Assembly (NCBI GenBank): GCA_040751775.1
Contig: JBFMGD010000002.1
Span: 22,731-86,730 of the forward strand
DNA length: 64,000 nt
Source of the DNA: Bacillota bacterium
GTDB taxonomy: Bacteria; Bacillota; Dethiobacteria; DTU022
Direction of reading: 5' to 3'
Both the position numbers and the translations under genes were made by a program. The notes under the pieces are model-generated. The model worked only from the letters and a program-made list of their open reading frames with translations. It was not told where the DNA came from and made no database searches. This document shows positions 1-8,866 of the stretch, in pieces (the stretch's first letter is position 1; every line of letters starts with the position of its first letter).

Positions 1-731
1 CCGGGTGGAAGATGGGCGTCGCGGACCCGCTGGAAATGGAAAAACGGCTTATTTCATTGCATGAGCAATCGATTCACCCTCTCGTTGTCCACAGTGCTTA
101 CCTGATTAATCTTGCTGCCACGTCGGATGATTTTTACGAAAAATCAAGGCAGCTTCTTAAAGCAACTATGGAACGCGCGGCTTTATACCGCTCGCCTTAT
201 GTAGTACTGCATACCGGCAATCACGGTGGTTTGGGCGTGGGGCAAGGTCTGGCACGGATTATTGAAACTATCTCCAGCGAGCGATCCGGCTGGCCTGTAT
301 CTGTAAAGTTGTTGCTGGAAAATACGGCCGGCAGCGGTACCGCTCTCGGTTCCCGGTTGGAGGAACTGGCTGAAATAATGCATGCTTTCCCCCGGGGCGC
401 CCTCGGGGTCTGCTTCGATACCGCTCACGCCTGGGGTGCGGGTTACGATCTGGGCAGTGCGTCTGCAACTGAGCTGCTCCTCGAGCAGTTTGAAAAACTG
501 ATCGGTCTTGATCATCTCTGCGTGCTGCATTTAAACGATTCAAAAGCCGCTTGCGGCTCCCGGGTTGATCGTCATGATCATATCGGACTCGGGGCGATCG
601 GTCCGGAGTGCTTCAGAACGCTGCTCAGACAACCGTGGCCGGCAGATTTACCGGCCATATTGGAAACCCCCGAGATCGGCAGCGAATGGGACCGTAAAAA
701 CATGGAAACCCTGCACTCGTTACTGGAGTAA
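1..731 (+). CDS. nfo: Endonuclease IV (AP endonuclease, xylose-isomerase-like TIM barrel), 5' end cut by the window edge
   Basis: ORF 12..731 carries endonuclease IV family motifs (HSAYLINLA, VVLHTGN, LLENTAG, CFDTAHAWGAGYD, HLNDSK). The protein is about 40 aa shorter than typical Nfo, so the 5' end is probably outside the window. Confidence 0.7.
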   Translation, partial: GWKMGVADPLEMEKRLISLHEQSIHPLVVHSAYLINLAATSDDFYEKSRQLLKATMERAALYRSPYVVLHTGNHGGLGVGQGLARIIETISSERSGWPVSVKLLLENTAGSGTALGSRLEELAEIMHAFPRGALGVCFDTAHAWGAGYDLGSASATELLLEQFEKLIGLDHLCVLHLNDSKAACGSRVDRHDHIGLGAIGPECFRTLLRQPWPADLPAILETPEIGSEWDRKNMETLHSLLE

Positions 732-788
732 TGTAAATAATGTGACGAACGAACCCGCCAGTTAGTGGATAAGGTAAGGAGGCGAAAC

Positions 789-2150
789 GTGATAGGCACG
801 AGGAAACCGGTTTTCCGCTGCAGTGAGTGCGGCTACGAAGCGCATAAGTGGCTGGGGCGCTGTTCCGCCTGTGACAGTTGGAATACGATGCAGGAAACAG
901 CGGCCCGGCCAAACCGCGCCCCAATAGTGCCTGCCGCTGTTCAGGCCTCTTCTCTTAAAGAGATCCCCGCGGCAGCGGAAGATCGGATTGTTTCCGGCAT
1001 CGGAGAATTTGATCGCGTCTTGGGCGGTGGAGCCGTGACCGGATCGGTGGTGCTGCTGGGCGGTGACCCGGGAATCGGTAAGTCAACGCTGCTGCTGCAG
1101 GCGGCCTCGAGGTTGTCTCAATCAACAAAAGTGCTCTATGCCAGCGGTGAAGAATCGCTGCGGCAGATCAAGATGCGGGCACAGCGTTTGCAGGTTGAAG
1201 GGGAGTTTCCCGTTCTGGCCTCTACCGAGTTTGAACAGCTGCTAGCGGTATTGGAAGAACTGAGCCCGCAAGTAATGGTACTTGACTCGGTTCAGTCTTT
1301 TTATAAAAGGGATCTGGAAGGAGTGCCGGGCAGTATTAATCAGGTCCGGGAAGTAACCGCCGACCTGGTGCGTGAAGCAAAGGGAAAAGGGATGGTTGTA
1401 TTTCTGGTCGGACATGTGACCAAGGAAGGGATTATGGCCGGGCCCCGTTTGCTTGAACACATGGTGGACTGTGTCCTCTACCTTGAAGGTGACCGCTATC
1501 ACAGCTTCCGCATCTTAAGGAGTGTCAAAAACCGGTTTGGCTCAACCAATGAAATCGGTGTTTTCATGATGGAGGAAAAAGGCCTGGAAGAGATTTCTAA
1601 TCCATCGCATCTATTCATCACTCAACGAGTGTCGGAATCGGGCGGTGCCGTGGTAACGGCCAGTGTTGAGGGAACCAGGCCTCTATTGGTCGAAATCCAG
1701 TCTCTGGTTACCGCGTCAAATTACCCTTCGCCGCGGCGGACCTCTGCCGGGATCGACCTGAACCGGGTTGCCTTGATTATGGCTGTTTTGGAGAAGCACG
1801 CCGGCATTTCATTTCTTGGTCTGGATACGTTTGTGAATGTAGTCGGGGGGGTCAGGCTGGTGGAAACCGCGGTTGACCTGGCCCTGGCTTTAAGTCTTGT
1901 CACCAGCTTAAAAGGAAAGGGCTTGTCCGGAGACACTTTTGTTCTCGGTGAAGTCGGTTTGACCGGTGAAATTAGGCCCGTTAACCGGATTAATCAGAGA
2001 ATCAACGAAGGAATCAAACTCGGTTTTAAGCGGATCATTTTGCCTCGCCTGAACCTGCAGGATCTTAGTGGCGGTAAAGAGAGAGCAAAGGAGCTGCAGT
2101 TGGTTGGTGTTGATAATATCAAGGAAGCGGTGGGGATCGCGCTGCTATGA
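789..2150 (+). CDS. radA: DNA repair protein RadA/Sms
   Basis: N-terminal C4 zinc finger (CSECGY...CSACDSW), Walker A GDPGIGKST, KNRFG motif and a C-terminal Lon-like domain. The probable start is GTG 789, preceded by AAGGAGG at 776-782; the ORF track begins earlier at 765. Confidence 0.9.
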   Translation: MIGTRKPVFRCSECGYEAHKWLGRCSACDSWNTMQETAARPNRAPIVPAAVQASSLKEIPAAAEDRIVSGIGEFDRVLGGGAVTGSVVLLGGDPGIGKSTLLLQAASRLSQSTKVLYASGEESLRQIKMRAQRLQVEGEFPVLASTEFEQLLAVLEELSPQVMVLDSVQSFYKRDLEGVPGSINQVREVTADLVREAKGKGMVVFLVGHVTKEGIMAGPRLLEHMVDCVLYLEGDRYHSFRILRSVKNRFGSTNEIGVFMMEEKGLEEISNPSHLFITQRVSESGGAVVTASVEGTRPLLVEIQSLVTASNYPSPRRTSAGIDLNRVALIMAVLEKHAGISFLGLDTFVNVVGGVRLVETAVDLALALSLVTSLKGKGLSGDTFVLGEVGLTGEIRPVNRINQRINEGIKLGFKRIILPRLNLQDLSGGKERAKELQLVGVDNIKEAVGIALL

Positions 2151-2543
2151 AAGCATAAAGTGTCCCAGGGTTGTAATTCGGTCATATTCACGATTAATCA
2201 GATCTTCCAGGTTATAATCCAATAGATTGCATAACGCGGTCAGGTAGAACAAGTGATTGCCTATTTCTTCGGAGATTATTTCCCGACACTGTTCACAGAG
2301 GTTGCCTTTGATGTGTGAATCGACGTGCTTGCTGCATTCCTTCAACGAACTGTCTTCCGGGAAGCGTTGCTTAGCGGCATTGATCGAAATGCACCCGCAA
2401 TCCGTCGCTGTTTTAACAATGCTTCGATTTACCTTTGCTGTTGATTCCTGGTATTTGGTCAGGCAATCGAGAATACTGCGATGCCGGATTAAAACCTCTG
2501 AAACCATTTCCTGAAATTCACTGACTACTTCCCCGCTCTTCAT
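2145..2543 (-). CDS. Hypothetical Cys/His-rich small protein (possible metal-binding; H-x3-C-x2-C and H-x3-H motifs)
   Basis: 132-aa ORF on the opposite strand to its neighbours, with 7 Cys including DCGC and HIKGNLCEQC (H-x3-C-x2-C). It overlaps the radA stop by 6 nt in convergent orientation. It is separated from carD by an AT-rich divergent intergenic region. No recognisable family could be assigned from sequence alone. Confidence 0.4.
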   Translation of the reverse strand: MKSGEVVSEFQEMVSEVLIRHRSILDCLTKYQESTAKVNRSIVKTATDCGCISINAAKQRFPEDSSLKECSKHVDSHIKGNLCEQCREIISEEIGNHLFYLTALCNLLDYNLEDLINREYDRITTLGHFMLS

Positions 2544-2683
2544 GCACGGTCACCTCTTAGCCTTTTTATTGAACGTAGACTGTAAAACAATTATACTTTT
2601 TAGATTCCGCCCATGTCAACTAAATTGCAGTTCGAAAAAAGTTATTGTCAAAATAAAATATATATGTTAAAATTACCGTTTAA

Positions 2684-2716
2684 TTGACACAGCCCGGGGG
2701 GCTGTGTTACTATATT
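2684..2716 (+). promoter_or_regulatory. Putative sigma-A promoter of carD with a 19-nt palindrome in the spacer
   Basis: TTGACA at 2684-2689; a weak -10 (TACTAT/TATATT) lies about 18 nt downstream. The palindrome CACAGCCC-GGG-GGGCTGTG (2688-2706) overlaps the spacer. Confidence 0.3.
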
Positions 2717-2745
2717 TTTCAGGGGGAAGTAAAGGAGGGGATCAA

Positions 2746-3234
2746 ATGTTTAACATTGGCGATAAAGTAGTTTACCCCATGCACGGCGCCGGCGTGATTG
2801 AATCAATTGAGGAAAAAGAGATTTTGGGCGATCGTAAAAAATACTATGTCATGAAGCTGCCGATCGGAGAAATGAAAGTGATGATCCCCATGGATAGCAT
2901 TCTGCGGGTCGGTTTAAGAGAAGTGATCGATAAAGAGATGATCGATCAGGTGCTCACTGTTTTGCAGGATCACAGTGAAGAGATGTCGGCCAACTGGAAT
3001 CGCCGTTACCGGGATCACCTCGACAAAATCAAGAGCGGTAATATTTTGGATGTTGCCGGTGTTGTGCGTAACTTGACGATTAGGGACCGGGGCAAGGGTT
3101 TGTCCACCGGAGAGCGGAAGATGCTGGACAGCGCGAAACAGATTTTGATCAGTGAGTTGATCTTAGTGCAGGGAGTAGAACAGTCCGAAATTTTAGATAC
3201 CCTGGAGAATATTTTTAACGATTACCCGGAATAA
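2746..3234 (+). CDS. carD: CarD/CdnL family RNA polymerase-binding transcription factor
   Basis: N-terminus MFNIGDKVVYPMHGAGVIESIEEKEILG is typical of the CarD_CdnL_TRCF domain. RBS AAAGGAGGGG lies 6 nt upstream of ATG 2746; the ORF track's N-terminal extension from 2704 is rejected. Confidence 0.8.
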   Translation: MFNIGDKVVYPMHGAGVIESIEEKEILGDRKKYYVMKLPIGEMKVMIPMDSILRVGLREVIDKEMIDQVLTVLQDHSEEMSANWNRRYRDHLDKIKSGNILDVAGVVRNLTIRDRGKGLSTGERKMLDSAKQILISELILVQGVEQSEILDTLENIFNDYPE

Positions 3235-3391
3235 ATTTCTAGACCTGCATATATTTCCTGAATTAATGTATATTCTAACTTGATCCTAGTTAAAACTATA
3301 AGTTATAATGTAATCAGGCATATAAATTTCCAGATTCGGATTGAGATCAGCGTCATGGGAATTATCATTTTTTTTTAAGGAGGTGATTTAA

Positions 3392-4510
3392 GTGGTGCGC
3401 AAAGTGCTCAGAATTGTGGGGACGCTTCTGGGAGCAGGTCTTGGCGTATATTTATTTTTATATATCGGCCTTGTTTCAATATTTATTACCGCCATCGGTA
3501 GTCCCGTTGCCGTTCCCCCTCCCATCGGTTATTCTACCGCCGGTGGGGCCGTCGGTGGTGTGCTTTTTGGGATGATCTTTTATCTGGTTACACCTGTCCT
3601 GATTAACTTTTTTGAACGGGTTGTAGCCTGGTGCGATGGGAAACTTAAAGCTGTGCCGACCCAGGATATCGTGCTAGTTGTTTTCGGATTGATCCTGACC
3701 CTGTTAATGGGTCTGCTGCTCAGCGTTTTTATCAACCGGATCCCCGTATTCGGCATCTATATCTCTCTCGTTCTTACCTTAATCATTGTCTTTGTCGGTG
3801 TGCGATTTGTACTCAACCGTAAGGATGAATTTTCTTTTCTCACCTCTTTTTTCAGCCGTGGTGGTCGCAGCGCCGTAGCGGCGGATAACGAGGTCTTTAA
3901 AATATTGGACACCAGTGCGATTATCGACGGCCGGATTGTTGATATCTGCAAAACCGGCTTTTTGGAAGGGGTTATCGTGGTAGCCGGCTTCGTGTTGGAG
4001 GAGCTGCGCCATATCGCCGACTCTCCTGATCTGTTGAAGCGCAACCGAGGTCGGCGCGGCCTGGATATTTTGAACAAGATCCAGAAAGAGATGGATATTC
4101 CGGTTCAAATTTATGAAGGAGATTTTGAAGAGCTGGCTGAAGTGGACAGCAAACTGGTTCGCCTGGCCAAGGTAATCAACGGCAAGATTGTCACCAATGA
4201 CTTCAATTTGAACAAGGTTTGTGAACTCCAGGGAATATCTGTCTTAAACATAAATGAACTGGCAAATGCCGTTAAACCGGTAGTTTTGCCCGGGGAGGAA
4301 ATGACGGCGCAGATCATAAAGGATGGTAAAGAAGCCGGCCAGGGAGTGGCTTATCTGGATGACGGGACGATGGTGGTTGTAGAAGGCGGTAGAAGGCATA
4401 TCGGAGAAACGATCGAGGTTCTGGTAACCAGTGTATTGCAGACAGCAGCCGGGCGGATGATCTTTGCCAAGCCGAAAACTGCCGCTGAAAGATTTTCCGG
4501 AGTTAAATAA
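3392..4510 (+). CDS. yacL: PIN/TRAM domain membrane protein (YacL-like)
   Basis: Four N-terminal TM helices, a PIN domain (ILDTSAIIDGRI...) and a C-terminal TRAM-like domain (GETIEVLVTS). GTG start follows RBS AAGGAGGTG. The position between carD and ispD is conserved. Confidence 0.75.
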   Translation: MVRKVLRIVGTLLGAGLGVYLFLYIGLVSIFITAIGSPVAVPPPIGYSTAGGAVGGVLFGMIFYLVTPVLINFFERVVAWCDGKLKAVPTQDIVLVVFGLILTLLMGLLLSVFINRIPVFGIYISLVLTLIIVFVGVRFVLNRKDEFSFLTSFFSRGGRSAVAADNEVFKILDTSAIIDGRIVDICKTGFLEGVIVVAGFVLEELRHIADSPDLLKRNRGRRGLDILNKIQKEMDIPVQIYEGDFEELAEVDSKLVRLAKVINGKIVTNDFNLNKVCELQGISVLNINELANAVKPVVLPGEEMTAQIIKDGKEAGQGVAYLDDGTMVVVEGGRRHIGETIEVLVTSVLQTAAGRMIFAKPKTAAERFSGVK

Positions 4511-5196
4511 TGCATGCAGCAGCGATTATTGCCGCTTCGGGTCAGGGCCGGCGCATGGGGAGCCCGGTCAGAAAGCAATATCTGATGTTGGATGGCCTAC
4601 CGGTCCTGGCCCGCACCGTGAATGCATTTCTTGAACATGGCGGCATTTCCCAGGTTGTTTTAGTAGTTCCTCAAGGTGAAACCGGTCAAGTGCGAAAGAT
4701 CCTGAAGCCCTTTTTGTCTCTGGATAGTTTGACTTTGGTCGAGGGAGGGAGGCGCCGTCAGGATTCTGTTTTTAACGGCCTCCAGGCGGTTGACCGGGTA
4801 GCGGAGTTAATCTGTATCCACGACGGAGCCCGTCCTTTGATCACGGTAAAACTGATCGCAGCGGTTTTGGAAGCCGCTGTTCAATGGGGTGCCGCGGTGC
4901 CTGTTGTGCCGGTGACCGATACTCTTAAAGAAATTACCGTGGACGGGCTGATTAAGCGGACCATTTCCCGTGACTGCCTGCACCGCGCTCAAACCCCCCA
5001 GGTTTTTCGCCAGGAATTAATCCGGGAAGCATATCGAAAGGCGGCTTTACTCGGTATTGAAGCCACAGATGACGCCTATTTGCTGGAGCTGTTGGGGCAG
5101 ACAGTGTTTACTGTTGCCGGCGACTATGCCAATATTAAAATAACCTGCCCGGAAGACTTGACAGTGGCGGCTGCTTTGCTTAAGGAGGGGCGATAA
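4510..5196 (+). CDS. ispD: 2-C-methyl-D-erythritol 4-phosphate cytidylyltransferase
   Basis: N-terminal AAIIAASGQGRRMG motif of the IspD family. The start overlaps the yacL stop (TAATG), and it is followed by ispF. Confidence 0.85.
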   Translation: MHAAAIIAASGQGRRMGSPVRKQYLMLDGLPVLARTVNAFLEHGGISQVVLVVPQGETGQVRKILKPFLSLDSLTLVEGGRRRQDSVFNGLQAVDRVAELICIHDGARPLITVKLIAAVLEAAVQWGAAVPVVPVTDTLKEITVDGLIKRTISRDCLHRAQTPQVFRQELIREAYRKAALLGIEATDDAYLLELLGQTVFTVAGDYANIKITCPEDLTVAAALLKEGR

Positions 5197-5675
5197 TGCT
5201 GCGTGTCGGTATCGGATACGATCTGCACCGGTTGGTGGAAAATCGTGACCTTATCCTGGGCGGTGTAAAAATACCTTTTCCGTTGGGATTGGACGGGCAT
5301 TCGGACGCCGATGTGCTGGTGCACGCGTTGATAGATGCTTTACTGGGCGCGATTGGCCTTGGCGATATCGGCCGTCATTTCCCGCCCGGCGAGGGCCGTT
5401 ACAGAGCTATTTCGAGCCTGATTTTATTAAACGAAGTGAAGAAACTGCTGGACCGCGATCAGTGGCTGCTCGGAAATGCCGATCTGATCATTATCGCTGA
5501 AGCGCCCCGGATGGTTCCGTATACCGCGGCCATGGTCAAAAACATAGCCTCAACTTTGGGTGTTTCGGAAAACCGTGTTTCAGTTAAGGCTACCACAACC
5601 GAAGGGGTGGGCGCCTGCGGCCGCGGTGAAGCTGTCGCCGCCCAGGCGGTGGTGCTCCTGGAGCGGTCCGCTTAA
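5196..5675 (+). CDS. ispF: 2-C-methyl-D-erythritol 2,4-cyclodiphosphate synthase
   Basis: MLRVGIGYDLHRL...GHSDADVLVHALIDALLGA is canonical for IspF, at 159 aa. It is start-stop coupled to ispD (ATAATG). Confidence 0.9.
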   Translation: MLRVGIGYDLHRLVENRDLILGGVKIPFPLGLDGHSDADVLVHALIDALLGAIGLGDIGRHFPPGEGRYRAISSLILLNEVKKLLDRDQWLLGNADLIIIAEAPRMVPYTAAMVKNIASTLGVSENRVSVKATTTEGVGACGRGEAVAAQAVVLLERSA

Positions 5676-5732
5676 ATCGCCGGGATCTGTAAAGAATTCA
5701 CCCGCTTGGTCGCACCAGGCCGCCGGATTTTG

Positions 5733-5762
5733 TTGACAAAAGAAATTAGTCCTGTATATAAT
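5733..5762 (+). promoter_or_regulatory. Sigma-A promoter for the cysE-cysS operon (TTGACA-18-TATAAT)
   Basis: Near-consensus -35 and -10 hexamers lie in the AT-rich stretch 5733-5762 upstream of the T-box leader. Confidence 0.55.
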
Positions 5763-5764
5763 AA

Positions 5765-6040
5765 ATCTAATTTAATAGCCAAAAAGCGATGAACAGGAAA
5801 GTAAGTTTACGGCCGCTCCCAGAGAGGGGTTCTTCATTAAGCTGCAAGGAACTCCGAGACCGGCGTTAACTGAAGTGCACCTGGGAGCAGATGTCGTGAG
5901 CGGTTAGTGTGAGCGGCTTACGGGTTTTCCCGTTATAGAACTGATCGAGCGGGGTGAAACAATTTGCCCAAACAGAGTGGAACCGCGGTTAGCGCCGTCT
6001 CTGTGTCTTCAAACACAGGAGACGGTTTTATTATTTCTAT
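5765..6040 (+). promoter_or_regulatory. T-box riboswitch leader (likely tRNA-Cys responsive) with intrinsic terminator
   Basis: AGUA and AGAGA stem-I elements are present. The T-box consensus AACAGAGTGGAACCGCGG lies at 5971-5988. A terminator hairpin CCGTCTCTGTG...CACAGGAGACGG plus U-tract (5995-6035) follows immediately. A candidate UGC specifier occurs in GAAGUGCACC. The leader sits directly before cysE-cysS, which are classically T-box regulated. Confidence 0.65.
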
Positions 6041-6066
6041 TAAGAGATAGGGGAATCAAGATCAAA

Positions 6067-6735
6067 ATGTTCAAAAGGATTGGGCAGGATATCAAGGCGG
6101 TCCTGGATCGTGACCCAGCCGCGAAAAGCACCCTGGAAGTGTTGTTATGCTACCCGGGAATCCATGCCATGCTCTATCACCGGGCGGCTCATTTTTTATA
6201 CCGCCGCGGTTTTGTGCTGTTGTCAAGACTGATCTCCCAGCTATCCCGCTTTATTACCGGGATCGAGATCCATCCCGGGGCGGAAATCGGCAGCGCCCTT
6301 TTCATCGATCACGGCATGGGGGTGGTGATTGGTGAAACCACTGAAGTGGGCGAAAACGTTACCATCTACCAGGGAGTAACCCTGGGCGGCACCGGTAAAG
6401 AGAAAGGCAAGCGACACCCGACTGTGGGTGATCATGTGGTCATCGGCGCCGGCGCCAAGGTACTTGGGCCGATTGAAATCGGCGCCGGCGCCCGGATCGG
6501 CGCCGGTTCGGTTGTCCTGCAGTCAGTGCCGCCCGGTTCAACGGTAGTCGGTATTCCCGGCCGGGTGGTATTTTACAAAGGTGAAAAAGTGGCTTCAGTA
6601 AACCTCAATCACACCGACCTTCCCGACCCGGTTGCCGAGGTGCTTAACCGGTTGCAGGATCAAATTGAACAGCTTCGCTTACAGCTGGAAGAACTGGAGA
6701 ATGGAGTGTGCAGCAGTGGCCATAAAGTTTTATAA
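6067..6735 (+). CDS. cysE: Serine O-acetyltransferase
   Basis: N-terminus [19 protein letters not shown] and left-handed beta-helix hexapeptide repeats ([21 protein letters not shown]...). The start lies after the T-box terminator; the track's extension from 5977 overlaps the leader and is rejected. The 3' end overlaps the cysS start. Confidence 0.8.
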   Translation: MFKRIGQDIKAVLDRDPAAKSTLEVLLCYPGIHAMLYHRAAHFLYRRGFVLLSRLISQLSRFITGIEIHPGAEIGSALFIDHGMGVVIGETTEVGENVTIYQGVTLGGTGKEKGKRHPTVGDHVVIGAGAKVLGPIEIGAGARIGAGSVVLQSVPPGSTVVGIPGRVVFYKGEKVASVNLNHTDLPDPVAEVLNRLQDQIEQLRLQLEELENGVCSSGHKVL

Positions 6736-8122
6736 TACTCTTACCCGCCGCAAAGAAAATTTTGAACCGGTTGAGCCTTTATCGGTTCGCTTTTATGTCT
6801 GTGGACCGACGGTTTACGATTTTATCCATATTGGTAATGCCCGGGTGTTTATCATATTCGATTGCATCAGGCGTTACCTGCAGCACCGCGGTTTTAATGT
6901 AACCCTTGTGCAGAACTATACGGATATAGACGATAAGATGATCCAGCGTGCCCAAGAACAAGGCTCAACCGTTGGCGCACTGGCGGAAGAGTATATCACG
7001 GCTTACCGGGCCGATGCGGCCTTATTGCGAATCAGACCGGCCGATATCCAACCTCGCGCTACTGAGCATATATCCCAGATTATTGCGTTAATCGAAAGCC
7101 TGGTAGAAAAAGGAATGGCCTATTCCAGTCAGGGTGATGTCTATTTTAACACCGCAGCGCAGGACAATTACGGCTTGCTATCTCAACAGAAGCAAGAAGA
7201 ATTGTTGGCCGGAGCCCGGGTTGATCCCGGAGAAAAAAAGAACAATCCACTCGATTTTACCCTCTGGAAACAAAAAAAAACGGGCGAGCCAGCCTGGGAC
7301 AGCCCCTGGGGTGAAGGCCGTCCGGGATGGCATATCGAATGCTCCGCCATGGCCATGCACTACCTCGGTGAAACGATTGACATTCATGCCGGAGGGGCGG
7401 ACCTGGTTTTCCCGCATCATGAAAACGAGATTGCGCAGAGCAGCGGCGCCACCGGGAAACCTTTTGCCCGCTACTGGCTGCATGCCGGTTTCCTGAACAT
7501 TGAAGACCGGAAAATGTCCAAATCGCTGGGCAATGTCCTGACCGTTAATCACCTTTTGCAAGAACACCGCCCGCTGGATTTGCGTTTTTTTATTCTCTCC
7601 GCACACTACCGCAGCCCGTTAAACTACAGTCAGAAGCTGCTGCATCAGGCCCGCGCCGGACGCGAGCGGCTGCAGGAGACGGTGGACAACCTGAACAGCG
7701 TTCTGGCCGTCGCGGGAACCGCAGCCGGTAGACATGTAAACCGGTTGCAGGAAGCGTTGGAGACCGCCGCTTCCCGGTTTACCAAGGCGCTCGATGATGA
7801 TTTCAATACCGCTGACGGGATCAGCGTTTTATTTGATTTGGCGCGTCAATGCAATATCTATCTTAAGGAAGGATATCCATACGATCTGACCCTTTTGGAA
7901 CGAGTCCTTGAGTTTTACCGCGGCGCCAACGAAGTTTTGGAAATATTGGATCTAAATCAACCCGGTGCGCTGGCGTGTAACATCGAGGAGGCTATCGAGC
8001 GGCGCAAGCAAGCCCGGCAGCAAAAAGATTGGTCCACGGCCGACCGGATTCGGGATGAACTTCTGGCTAAAGGAATCGTTCTGGAGGACACCCCGCACGG
8101 CACCCGCTGGAAGAGAAAATAA
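6701..8122 (+). CDS. cysS: Cysteine--tRNA ligase
   Basis: Class I aaRS HIGH motif (FIHIGNAR) and KMSKS (RKMSKSLGN). The N-terminus matches CysS ([11 protein letters not shown]...VCGPTVYD). Start is ATG 6701 or GTG 6716. Confidence 0.9.
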   Translation: MECAAVAIKFYNTLTRRKENFEPVEPLSVRFYVCGPTVYDFIHIGNARVFIIFDCIRRYLQHRGFNVTLVQNYTDIDDKMIQRAQEQGSTVGALAEEYITAYRADAALLRIRPADIQPRATEHISQIIALIESLVEKGMAYSSQGDVYFNTAAQDNYGLLSQQKQEELLAGARVDPGEKKNNPLDFTLWKQKKTGEPAWDSPWGEGRPGWHIECSAMAMHYLGETIDIHAGGADLVFPHHENEIAQSSGATGKPFARYWLHAGFLNIEDRKMSKSLGNVLTVNHLLQEHRPLDLRFFILSAHYRSPLNYSQKLLHQARAGRERLQETVDNLNSVLAVAGTAAGRHVNRLQEALETAASRFTKALDDDFNTADGISVLFDLARQCNIYLKEGYPYDLTLLERVLEFYRGANEVLEILDLNQPGALACNIEEAIERRKQARQQKDWSTADRIRDELLAKGIVLEDTPHGTRWKRK

Positions 8123-8189
8123 ATATGTTCGACGGGAGTGGTTTTGCTTGTCCTTCATCCAGGAAAGAACAATTGAACAAGCATGGCGC

Positions 8190-8807
8190 ATGACCCTGTG
8201 GTCTTGCGCCCGTTACGGTTACAGCTATAAAGTGGAAAAAGGCAGCTACGAGGGGCAACTCAGAAAACAGCTCAATCATTTGACAGTGATGATTGAAGAG
8301 CCTTATACACGTCCCTTGGCGGTCTCGCTGCCTGAGAATTCGGGTATCCCGGCGCCAACTTCGGAGGAGAAGATTCAATCATATTTTTTTGAGTATCTCG
8401 TTACCGACACCAGGGAAGACAAAGAGGACTATACTTACGGACAGTATATGGCGCCGCAGCTGCCCTTTGTAATCGATTTGTTGAATCAATCCAGGGGAGC
8501 AACCAATCAGGCTTGTCTGAGCATCGGCGACCCGGAGAGCATTAAGCTGGTTGATCCGCCCTGCTTAAGAGTCGTGGATTTTAAGATTGTAGAGGGAAAA
8601 CTAACAATGTCAGCATTCTTCAGATCATGGGACATATTTGTTGCTTTTCCGGAGAATTTAGGAGGACTGCAGCTTTTGAAAGAATATATTTTAATGCACC
8701 TCCGGTTTCCGGTGCAAGACGGTCCGATCATAGCCTATTCTTCAGGGGCTCATATATACGAACAATATTTTCCGATTGTAAATTTGTTGAATGCCCATAA
8801 ATGTTAA
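8190..8807 (+). CDS. Divergent thymidylate synthase (ThyA)-fold protein, compact (~206 aa)
   Basis: C-terminal half aligns with the ThyA core: DPPC-L (catalytic Cys present, adjacent His replaced by Leu), GKLT..FFRSWDIFVAFPEN (RS-D...P-N motif) and SGAHIY (H/Y). YGQY and IDLLNQ elements resemble the ThyA dUMP-binding region. Start is uncertain (ATG 8190 or TTG 8148). It lies where mrnC (Mini-III) normally sits between cysS and rlmB. Confidence 0.5.
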   Translation: MTLWSCARYGYSYKVEKGSYEGQLRKQLNHLTVMIEEPYTRPLAVSLPENSGIPAPTSEEKIQSYFFEYLVTDTREDKEDYTYGQYMAPQLPFVIDLLNQSRGATNQACLSIGDPESIKLVDPPCLRVVDFKIVEGKLTMSAFFRSWDIFVAFPENLGGLQLLKEYILMHLRFPVQDGPIIAYSSGAHIYEQYFPIVNLLNAHKC

Positions 8808-8866
8808 GTTTTAGATGAAAGGAGTATGCCCGGTAAGTGAAATAGCTGCGGGCGGCTGGTCATATC

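Noticed and set aside
5977-6066. N-terminal extension of cysE (ORF track start 5977)
   Set aside because: The extension overlaps the T-box conserved sequence and terminator. The CysE-like sequence begins at ATG 6067 (MFKRIGQD...).
7965-8189. N-terminal extension of the ThyA-like ORF overlapping the 3' end of cysS
   Set aside because: It overlaps cysS in another frame, and ThyA-like similarity begins only after Met 8190 (or TTG 8148).
8828-8866. Tiny uORF (MPGK) after a GAAAGGAG RBS upstream of rlmB
   Set aside because: It is only 4 codons. Without conservation data it cannot be distinguished from chance, so it is mentioned only as a possible leader peptide.
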